DNA of 64,000 nucleotides from Camelus ferus (taxonomy: Eukaryota). Made by a program: the position numbers and the translations under genes. How positions within the stretch are numbered: the stretch's first letter is position 1; every line of letters begins with the position of its first letter. The stretch is taken from NCBI RefSeq assembly GCF_009834535.1, contig NC_045697.1, forward strand, positions 120,282,001 through 120,346,000, read 5' to 3'. Positions 12,375 to 24,200 of this stretch are shown piece by piece. Below the pieces are notes generated by a model. The model made no database searches and was not told the origin of the DNA. It saw only the letters and a list, made by a program, of their open reading frames with translations.

Positions 12375-15300
12375 AGGTCAGATTATTCCCGTTAATGCCA
12401 ATCAGGAGTTAATCGCTCTTGCTTGGTTTTCCATACCATCCCCCAGTTTCCCTTCCAACCCAGTCAGAGAAAACAGTCAGGAAATATAGCTAAATTTCTA
12501 TTAGTAGCCAGGCGCTTCTGACAGTTGTAGAAATCTCCCCATACACAGGGTAACAGAACACTTCTTTGTGTGTGAGATGGAGAAGGAATACACAGTACAT
12601 GAATGAATCTCGGGTGCAGGTGTAACCAGTTTGGGAGACTTTGGCAAAGTATCTCCACAACCCATAGGGAGGCACTCTGTTTTCTTCGATTTCCAGCCCT
12701 ACTCCCAACTTTCCCTTGCAGCCCGGGTTAGGAAAACACCCAGGGATGACAAACTAAATCATTCTATCAGAACCAGTGCACCGCTGTATGTGTGGAGGAA
12801 CCTCCAAACACTCAGGATTCCGGAACACGGATTTGCTTGGTGCGAATTGTGAAGCCCCAAAGCACACTCATTGCTGGGGCCCAAGATTTTCCCTTTTAGG
12901 GCCAAGTCCGCTAAGTACTTCCATAGTCCATCTCGGGGTACTCACTTCTACTTGGATTCCCAGGCCAACCCCCATGTTTCCCTTGCAGCCTGGCCTGGGC
13001 TAACATAGAGTGAAAAGAATCTATTGGTGCTATTCGAACCCATGCCCTGCTGACAATTGTGGAAACCTTCGAACACTCAGGATAACAGAACATATGTTTC
13101 TGTGTGTGATGGTGTAGGAAAATACACTGCAGGCATTTTTATGGGGATCCAGGTTTTCCCCGGTTGGGAGATGTCGTCTTGATTACTTCAGTGTCCATGG
13201 GGTGGCACTGAATTCTTCTTCCTTTTCAAGCCCAACTCCCAGCTTTCCCTTGCAGCCCGTACAAGTGAAACACCCATGGATGACAAATAAGTGATTCTAT
13301 CAGAACCCCGGCGTTGCTGTCTGTTGGAGGATCCTCCAAAGCTTCAGGATTCTGGAACACGTCTTTTAGTGTGGGGAGTTGTGGAACCCCAATCCACGCA
13401 GATGGATGGGGTCACAGATATGTCCCTGTTAGGGAGAAGTCCGCTAAGTACTTCCACAGTGAATCTTGGGGCACTCGCTTCTTCTTAGATTTTCAGCGTA
13501 TTCCCCAGTTTTCACTCGCAGTCCGGCCTTGTAAAACACTCAGTGATAATAAGCTATGTTTCTATTGGAACCTTGGTGCTGCAGACAATTGTAGGAACCT
13601 CCCCACACTCAGAATAACAGAACACTATTTGAGTGTCTCATTTAGATGGGTAAACTAAATTCACGCATGTTTCAGTTTGTATAGGTGTTCCTAGGTTGTG
13701 GGAGTTCGGATATTTACATCCACTCTCCATGGGGAATCCCTTGCAGTTGCTTGGATTCCAGCCCAAACCCCAGCATTCCCTCGCATCCCGGCCTGTGGAA
13801 ACACTCAGTGAAAATAAGCTACAGTTTCTATTAGAACTAAGGCACTCCTGACAGTTGTAGAAACCTCCCTACACTAAGGAAACAGAACACATCTTTGTGT
13901 GTGTGATGGAGTAAGAAAACACAGTAAGGCATGTCTCTGGGGTGCAGGATTTCGCAGGATGGGAAATGTTGGCTAATTACCTCCACTGCCCATGGGGAAG
14001 AACTCTCTACTTCTTCGATATCCAGCCCTAATCCTAGCATTCCCTTGCAGCCCGACCGTGCAAAACACCCAGGGATGACAAACTAAATCATTCTATCATA
14101 ACCAGGGCGCTGCTGTATTTTGGAGGAACGTCCAAACACTCAGGTTTCTGGAACACGGATTTGCTTGGTGCGAATTGTGAAGCCCCACAGCACACTCATG
14201 GCTGGGGCCCAAGATTTTCCCTTATCGGGCCAAGTCCGCTAATTACCTCCATAGTCCATCTCGGGGCACTCGCTTCTACTTGGATTTCCAGCCCTAACCC
14301 ATGCTTTCCCTCGCAGCCCGACCTGGGAAAACACACAGGGAATATATGTTATTGGTTGTAATGGAACCCAGTCTCTACCTACCGTTGTAGGTAACTTCCC
14401 ACAACTAGGATAAAAGAATAAACATTTGTGTGTCTGATGGAGATGGGTAAACAAACTCCAAGCATATATCGGGGGGCTTAGGTGTTCCAAGGCTGTGGGA
14501 TGTCGGAAAATTACCTCAAATTCTCATGGGGAGTAACTCGCTGCTGCTACGAATTACAGCCAAGCCCACAGATTTACCTCGCAGCCAGGCCTGTGAAAAC
14601 ACTCATGGAAAACAAAATACTTGTGCTAGTAGAAACAAGGCACTGCTGAAACTTGTAGAATCCTCCCCACACTCAGGATAGCAGAAGAAATTTTTGTGTG
14701 TGTGATGGTGTAGGAAAATACACTCCAGGCATGTTTCTGGTGTTACAGCTGTTCCCAGGTTTGGAGATGTCACCTAATTACCTCCACTTCCAATGGGGAG
14801 GCACTCTATACTTCTTCGCATTCCAGACCAACTCCCTGCTTTCTTTGAAGCCCGGCCTAAGAAAACACCTAGTGATGACAATATTATTGATTCTATCAGA
14901 ACCTCCGCTCTGCTGCCTGTTGGAGGTACAACACACACTCAAAATTCCGGAACATGTCTTTGCTTGGTGGTGGATTGGAGACCAACACCACAAGATGCCT
15001 GGGGGCACAGTGTCTCTCTGTTTGGTAGAATTCCGCTAATTACCTCTACAGTCAATTTCTGGGCAATCCTGGCTACTTGGCTTTCCAGACGAACCCCCAG
15101 ATTCCCTCGCAGCCCGACCTGTAACACACTCAGGGATTATAAGCTAGTGGTTCTATTGGAACCAAGGCACTGCAGACCGTTGTAGGAAGCTCCGCACACG
15201 CAGGATAACAGAAATTTTTTTTTGTGTTTGAATGAGATGCTAAAAACTGCACTCATATTTCAGGGGGTAAAAGTTTTCCTAGGTTGGCATAGGTCAGATT

Positions 15301-18204
15301 ACTCCCGTTAATGCCAATCAGGAGTTAATCGCTCTTGCTTGGTTTTCCATACCATCCCCCAATTTCCCTTCCAACCCAGTCAGAGAAAACAGTCAGGAAA
15401 TATAGCTAAATTTCTGTTAGTAGCCAGGCGCTTCTGACAGTTGTAGAAATCTCCCCATACACAGGGTAACAGAACACTTCTTTGTGTGTGAGATGGAGAA
15501 TTAATACACAGTACATGAATGAATCTCGGGTGCAGGTGTAACCAGATTGGGAGACTTTGGCAAAGTATCTCCACAACCCATAGGGAGGCACTCTGTTTTC
15601 TTCGATTTCCAGCCCTACTCCCAACTTTCCCTTGCAGCCCGGGTTAGGAAAACACCCAGGGATGACAAACTAAATCATTCTATCAGAACCAGTGCACCGC
15701 TGTATGTGTGGAGGAACCTCCAAACACTCAGGATTCCGGAACACGGATTTGCTTGGTGCGAATTGTGAAGCCCCAAAGCACACTTATTGCTGGGGCCCAA
15801 GATTTTCCCTTTTAGGGCCAAGTCCGCTAAGTACTTCCATAATCCATCTCGGGGTACTCACTTCTACTTGGATTCCCAGGCCAACCCCCATGTTTCCCTT
15901 GCAGCCTGGCCTGGGCTAACATAGAGTGAAAAGAATCTATTGGTGCTATTCGAACCCATGCCCTGCTGACAATTGTAGAAACCTTCAAACACTCAGGATA
16001 ACAGAACATATGTTTCTGTGTGTGAAGGTGTAGGAAAATACACTGCAGGCATTTTTATGGGGATCCAGGTTTTCCCTGGTTGGGAGATGTCGTCTTGATT
16101 ACTTCAGTGTCCATGGGGTGGCACTGAATTCTTCTTCCTTTTCAAGCCCAACTCCCAGCTTTCCCTTGCAGCCCGTACAAGTGAAACACCCATGGATGAC
16201 AAATAAGTGATTCTATCAGAACCCCGGCGTTGCTGTCTGTTGGAGGATCCTCCAAAGCTTCAGGATTCTGGAACACGTCTTTTAGTGTGGGGAGTTGTGG
16301 AACCCCAATCCACGCAGATGGATGGGGTCACAGATATGTCCCTGTTAGGGAGAAGTCCGCTAAGTACTTCCACAGTGAATCTTGGGGCACTCGCTTCTTC
16401 TTAGATTTTCAGCGTATTCCCCAGTTTTCACTCGCAGTCCGGCCTTGTAAAACACTCAGTGATAATAAGCTATGTTTCTATTGGAACCTTGGTGCTGCAG
16501 ACAATTGTAGGAACCTCCCCACACTCAGAATAACAGAACACTATTTGAGTGTCTCATTTAGATGGGTAAACTAAATTCACGCATGTTTCAGTTTGTATAG
16601 GTGTTCCTAGGTTGTGGGAGTTCGGATATTTACATCCACTCTCCATGGGGAATCCCTTGCAGTTGCTTGGATTCCAGCCCAAACCCCAGCATTCCCTCGC
16701 ATCCCGGCCTGTGGAAACACTCAGTGAAAATAAGCTACAGTTTCTATTAGAACTAAGGCACTCCTGACAGTTGTAGAAACCTCCCTACACTAAGGAAACA
16801 GAACACATCTTTGTGTGTGTGATGGAGTAAGAAAACACAGTAAGGCATGTCTCTGGGGTGCAGGATTTCGCAGGATGGGAAATGTTGGCTAATTACCTCC
16901 ACTGCCCATGGGGAAGAACTCTCTACTTCTTCGATATCCAGCCCTAATCCTAGCATTCCCTTGCAGCCCGACCGTGCAAAACACCCAGGGATGACAAACT
17001 AAATCATTCTATCATAACCAGGGCGCTGCTGTATTTGGAGGAACGTCCAAACACTCAGGTTTCTGGAACACGGATTTGCTTGGTGCGAATTGTGAAGCCC
17101 CACAGCACACTCATGGCTGGGGCCCAAGATTTTCCCTTATCGGGCCAAGTCCGCTAATTACCTCCATAGTCCATCTCGGGGCACTCGCTTCTACTTGGAT
17201 TTCCAGCCCTAACCCATGCTTTCCCTCGCAGCCCGACCTGGGAAAACACACAGGGAATATATGTTATTGGTTGTAATGGAACCCAGTCTCTACCTACCGT
17301 TGTAGGTAACTTCCCACAACTAGGATAAAAGAATAAACATTTGTGTGTCTGATGGAGATGGGTAAACAAACTCCAAGCATATATCGGGGGGCTTAGGTGT
17401 TCCAAGGCTGTGGGATGTCGGAAAATTACCTCAAATTCTCATGGGGAGTAACTCGCTGCTGCTACGAATTACAGCCAAGCCCACAGATTTACCTCGCAGC
17501 CAGGCCTGTGAAAACACTCATGGAAAACAAAATACTTGTGCTAGTAGAAACAAGGCACTGCTGAAACTTGTAGAATCCTCCCCACACTCAGGATAGCAGA
17601 AGAAATTTTTGTGTGTGTGATGGTGTAGGAAAATACACTCCAGGCATGTTTCTGGTGTTACAGCTGTTCCCAGGTTTGGAGATGTCGCCTAATTACTTCC
17701 ACTTCCAATGGGGAGGCACTCTATACTTCTTCGCATTCCAGACCAACTCCCTGCTTTCTTTGAAGCCCGGCCTAAGAAAACACCTAGTGATGACAATATT
17801 ATTGATTCTATCAGAACCTCCGCTCTGCTGCCTGTTGGAGGTACAACACACACTCAAAATTCCGGAACATGTCTTTGCTTGGTGGTGGATTGGAGACCAA
17901 CACCACAAGATGTCTGGGGGCACAGTGTCTCTCTGTTTGGTAGAATTCCGCTAATTACCTCTACAGTCAATTTCTGGGCAATCCTGGCTACTTGGCTTTC
18001 CAGACGAACCCCCAGATTCCCTCGCAGCCCGACCTGTAACACACTCAGGGATTATAAGCTAGTGGTTCTATTGGAACCAAGGCACTGCAGACCGTTGTAG
18101 GAAGCTCCGCACACGCAGGATAACAGAAATTTTTTTTGTGTTTGAATGAGATGCTAAAAACTGCACTCATATTTCAGGGGGTAAAGGTTTTCCTAGGTTG
18201 GCAT
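12375..18204. repeat. Recent tandem duplication of an 11-monomer HOR (2 x ~2,915 bp)
   Basis: Near-identical sequence at offset 2916 (ORFs 12631/15547, 13314/16230, 13837/16753), then 2915 after a 1-bp indel (14698/17613). A chimeric C monomer marks the junction at about 15291-15301. Confidence 0.95.
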
Positions 18205-21200
18205 AGGTCAGATTATTCCCATTAATGCCCATTGGGTGGTAATCGCTCCTGCTTAGATTTCCATCCCATCCCCCAGGTTCCCTTGAAACCCAATCAGAAA
18301 AAACAGTCAGGAAATTTAGCTAAAGTTTCTATTAGAACCAAGAAGATGCTGACAATTGTAGAAAATTCCCCATACACAGGGTAACAGAACACTTCTTTGT
18401 GTGAGTGATTGAGTAGGAAAACAGAGTCCATGCATGTTTCTGGGGTGCAGGGGTAACCAGGCTGTGAGACTTTGGCTAATTATCTCCACAGCCCATGTGA
18501 ATGCACGCTGTTTTTCTTCATTTTCCAGCCCTACTCCAAGCTTTCCTTTGCAGCCAGGGTTAGGAAAACACCCAGGGATGTCAAACTAAGTGATTCTATC
18601 AGAACCAGTGCACTTCTGTATGTGTGGAGGAACCACCAATCACTCAGGATTCCGGAAAACTTATTTGTTTGTTGCGAATTGTGAAGCCCCAGAGCACACT
18701 CATTGCTGGGGCTCAAGATTTCCCCTTTTAGGTCCAAGTCCGATAATTAACTCCATAGTCGATCTCGGGACCGTCGCTGCTACTTGGATTCACAGCCCAA
18801 ACCCCATGTTTCCCTTGCAGCCAGGCCTGGGTTAACACAGAGCCAAAAAAATCATATTGGTGCTTTTCGAACCCATGCCCTGCTGACAATTGTGGAAACC
18901 TTCGAACACTCAGGATAACAGAACATATCTTTCTGTGTGTGATGGAGAAGGAAAACACACTCCAGGCATTTTTCTGGGGATCCAGCTTTTCCCAGGTTGG
19001 GGGAGGTCGGCTAGATTCCTTCAGTGCCCATGGGGTGGCACTGTCTTCTTCTTCGTTTTCAAGCCCAACTCCCAGGTTTCCCTTGCAGCCCGGACAAGTG
19101 AAACACCCATGGATGACAAATAAGTGATTCTATCAGAACCCCGGCGTTGCAGTATGTTGGAGTATCCTCCAAATCTTCAGGATTCTGGAACACGTCTTTG
19201 AGTATGGGGAGTTGTGGAACCCCAATCCACGCAGATGAATGGGGTCACAGATTTGTCCCTGTTAGGGAGAAGTCCGCTAATTACCTCCAAATTGCATCTT
19301 GGGGCACTCGCTGCTTCTTAGATTTTCAGTCTATCCCCCAGTTTTCACTCGCAGCCCGGCCTTGTAAAACACTCATTGATAATAAGCTAGGTTTCTACTG
19401 GAACTCAGGTGCTGTAGACAATTGTAGGTACCTCCCCACACTCAGAATAACAGAAGAATACTTTTAGTGTCTGATTTAGATGGGTAAACTAAATCCACGC
19501 ATGTTTCAGGTTGTATAGGCGTTCCTAGGATTTGGGAGTTCGGATACTTACATCCACTGTCCATGGGGAGTCCCTTGCAGTTGCTTGGATTCCAGCACAA
19601 CCCCCAGCTTTCCCTCGAATCCTGGCCTGTGAAAACACTCATGGAAAATAAGCTACAGTTTCTATAAGAACTAAGGCGCTCCTGACAGTTATACAAACCT
19701 CCCTATACTAAAGAAAACAGAACACAGCTTTGTGTGTGTGATGGAGTAGGAAAACACTGTAAGGCATGTCTCTGTAGTGCAGGAGTTCGCAGGATGGGAA
19801 ATGTTGGCTAATTACCTCCACTTCCCATGGGGAAGCACTCTCATCTTCTATGATTACCAGCTTTAATCCTAGCATTCCCTTGCAGACCGACCGTGGAAAA
19901 CACCCAGGGATGACAAACTAAATCATTCTATCAGAACCAGGGCGCTGCTGTATGTTGGAGGAACCTCCAAACATTCAGGATTCCGGAACACGGATTTTCT
20001 TGGTGCAAATTGTGAAGCCCCAAAGCACACTCATTGCTGGGGCCTAAGATTTTCCCTTTAAAGGCCAAGTCCGCTAAGTACCTCCATAGTCCATCTCGGG
20101 ACACTCGCTGCTACTTTGATTTCCAGCCGAACCCCCATGTTTCACTTGCCGATCGGCCTGGGGTAACACACAGGGTAAAGAAGCTATTGGTGCTATTCGA
20201 ACCCATGCCCTGCTGACAATTGTGGAAACCTTCGAACACTCAGGATAACAGAACATATGTTTCTGTGTGTGATGGTGTAGGAAAATACACTGCAGGCATT
20301 TTTATGGGGATCCAGGTTTTCCCTGGTTGGGAGATGTCGTCTTGATTACTTCAGTGTCCATGGGGTGGCACTGAATTCTTCTTCCTTTTCAAGCCCAACT
20401 CCCAGCTTTCCCTTGCAGCCCGTACAAGTGAAACACCCACGGATGACAAATAAGTGATTCTGTCAGAACCCCGGCGTTGCTGTCTGTTGGAGGATCCTCC
20501 AAAGCTTCAGGATTCTGGAACACGTCTTTTAGTGTGGGGAGTTGTGGAACCCCAATCCACGCAGAAGGATGGGGTCACAGATATGTCCCTGTTAGGGAGA
20601 AGTCCGCTAAGTACCTCCACAGTGAATCTTGGGGCACTCGCTTCTTCTTGAATTTCCATCCCAAACCCCAGGATTCCCTTGCAGCCCGGGCTGGGGAAAC
20701 ACACAGTGAAAAGAATCTACAGGTGATATTAGAACACATGCACTGCCTACAATTGTGGAAACCTTCGAACACTCATGATATCAGAGCACATCTTTTTGTG
20801 TGTGATGGAGTAGAAAAAAACTTTTCAGGCATTTTCCTGGGGATCCAGTTTTTCCCAGGTTGGTAGATGTCAGCTAGATTCCTTCACTGCCCATGTAGAT
20901 GAATTGACTTCTTCTTCGTTTTCAAGCCCAACTCCCAAATTTCCCTTGCATCACGGTCTAGGATTATACCCAGGGATGACAGTCTAAGTGATTTATCAGA
21001 GCTACGATGCTGCTGTATTTTTTAGGAACTTCCAGAAACTTAGGATTCTGGATGACGTCAATTATTGGGGGTAGATTTGGAGACCCACACCACAGAGATG
21101 GCTGGGGGCACAGGATTTTTCCTGTTAGGGAGATGTCCGCTAATAACCTCCACAGTCCATCTAGGGTCACTCGCTGCTACATGGCTTTCCAGCGCAACAG

Positions 21201-24200
21201 AGCTTTCCCTCGCAGGCCGGCCCTTAGAAAACAATCAGGGATAATAAGCCAGTGGTTCTATTGGAACCCAGGTGCTGCAGATCATTGTAGGATACTCCCC
21301 ACACCCAGGAAAAAGAACACTTCTTTGTGTGTCTCATGAAATTTCATAAAAAATCCCCACCCGTGTTTCAGGGGTTAAGGTGTTGCTAGTTAGTGGGAGT
21401 TGGTTAATTCCCTCCAATGCCCATGGGGAGGCACTCGCTCCTGATTGGATTTCCAGCCAAACCCCCAGCTTTCCCTCTCAGCCCGGCCTGGGAAAACACT
21501 CAGGGGTAATATGCTATTGGTTGTATTGGAACCCAGTCGCTACCTACAGTTGTAGGCTCCTTCCCACATCTGGGATAACAGAAGAAATCTTTGTGTGTCT
21601 GATGGAGATGGGTAAACAAACTCCACGCATGTTTCAGGGGCACAGGTGTTCCAAGGCTGTGGGACATTGGAAAATTACCTCAAATTCTCATGGGGATTTT
21701 CTAACTGCTGCTACGGAATTCAGCCATACCCACAGCTTTACCTCGAAGCTAGGCGTGTGTAAACACTAACGGAAAGGAAAATACTGGTGCTATTAGAACC
21801 CAGGCGCTGCTGATATTTGTAGAATCCTCCCCACACTCAGGATAGCAGAACACATCTTTGTGTGTTTGATGGTGTAGAAAAATACACTCCAGGCATATTT
21901 CTGTGGGTACAGCTGTTCCCAGGTTTGGAGATGTCGCCTAATTACCTCCACTGCCTATGGGGAGGCAATATATACTTCTTTGATTTGCAGACCATCTCCC
22001 AAATTTCCCTTACAGCCCGGCCTAAGAAAACACCTAATGATGACAATATTTGTGATTCTATGAGAAACCCATCGCTGCTGACTTTTGGAGGTACAACACA
22101 AACTCAATATTCTGGAACATGTCTTTGCTTGGTGGTGGTGTGGAGACCAACACCACAAGTTTCCTGTGGGCACATTTCTCTCTCTCTGGGAGAAGTCCGC
22201 TTAATACCTCTAAAGTCCATCTGTGTGCACTCGTTGCTACTTGGCTTTCAAGCCGATCCCCAAGCTTTCCCTCGCAGCCCGCCCTGGAAAAAACTCAGAA
22301 ATAATAAGTTAATGGTTCTTTTGGAACTCAAGCACTGCAGAACGTTGTAGGATCCTCCACACACGTAGGATTACAGAAAAAATTTTTTGGGTCTCATTGA
22401 GATGTTAAAAGCTCCACACATGTTTCAGGGTGTACTGGTTTTCCTAGGTTTTGGGAGGTCAGATACATCCCACTACAGCCCATGGGGAAGTAATCGCACC
22501 TGCTTGGCTTTCCAGCCCATCCCCCAGTTTCCTTGGCAAGCCACCCTGAGAAAACAATCAGGAAATGTAGCTAAAGTTTCTATCAGAACCACGGTGCTGC
22601 AGTCTCTTGTAGGAACTTCAACACACACAGGATTCCCAAACACGGCTTTGCTTGTAAAATTTTGAAGCCCCAATCCACAAACATGGCTGGGATCACAAAT
22701 TTTTCCCTGTCAGTGTGAAGTCCGATAATTAGATTTTCAGTCCTTCTCTGGCACCTGCTGCTACTTGGAATTCCAGCCCAACCCCCATGTTTCCCTTGCA
22801 GGCCGACCTGGGTTATCACAGAGGGAAAAGAAGATATTGGTGCTATTTGAACCCATGCCCTGCTGACAATTGTGGAAACCTTCGAACACTCAGGATAACA
22901 GAACATATATTTCTGTGTGTGACCTAGTAGGAAAACACACTCCAGGCATGTTTCTGGGGGTACAGCTTTTCCCAGGTTGGGAGATTTCGCCTAATTACCT
23001 CCACTTCCAATGTGGTGGCAATCTATACTTCTTCAATTTCCAGACCAACTCCCAGCTGTCCTTTGAAGCCCGGCCTAAGGAAACACCTAGGGATGACAAT
23101 ATTAGCGATTCTATCAGAACCACCGCTCTACTGCCTGTTGGAGGTACAACACACACTCAAAATTCCGGAACATTTCTTTGCTTTGTGGATGTATGGAGAC
23201 CAACACCACAATATTCCTGGGGGCACAGTTTCTCTCTGTCTGGGAGAAGTCCGCTAATTACCACTACAGTCAATTTCTGGGCAATCCTGGCTAATTAGAT
23301 TTCCAGCAGAACCCCCAGTTTCCCACGCAGCCCACCCTGGAACACACTCAGAGATTATAAGCTAGTGGTTCTATTGGAATACAGGCACTGCAGGCCGTTG
23401 TAGGAAGCTCCGCACACGCAGGATAACGGAACCCTTTTTTTGTGTCTGATTGAGATGGAAAAACTCCATGCATGTTTCAGGGGTACAGGTTTTCCTAGGT
23501 TGGGGGAGGTCAGATTATTCCCATTAATGCCCATGGGGAGGTAATCGGTCCTGCTTGGATATCCATCCCATCCCCCAGTTCCCTTGCAACCCAGTCAGAG
23601 AAAACAGTCAGGAAATTTAGCTAAAGTTTCTATTAGAACCCAGGCGCTGCTGAAAGTTGTAGAAACCTCCACATACAAAGGGTAACGGAACACTTCTTAG
23701 TGTGTGAGATGGTGTAGGAATACACAGTACATGCATGTATCTGGGGTGCAGGTGTAACCAGTTTGGGAGACGTTGGCTAAGTATCTCCACAGCCCATGGG
23801 GAGGCACTCAGTTTTCTTCGATTTCCAGCCCTACTCCCATCTTTCCCTTGCAACCCGGGTTAGGAAAACACTCAGGGATAAAAAACAAAATCATTCTATC
23901 AGAACCAGTGCGCTGCTGTATGGGTGGAGGAACCTCAAAACACTCAGGATTCCGGAACACTGATTTGCTTGTTGTGAACTGTGAAGCCCCACAGCACACT
24001 CATTGCTGGGGCCCAAGATTTCCCCTTTTAGGGCCAAGTCCGCTAATTACCTCCATAGTCCATATCGGGACATTCGCTGCTACTTGGATTCACAGCCCAA
24101 ACCCCATTTTTCAATTGCAGCCAGGCCTGGGTTAACACATAGCCAAAAAAAAGCTATTGGTGCTATTCGAACCCATGCCCTGCTGACAATTGTGGAAACC

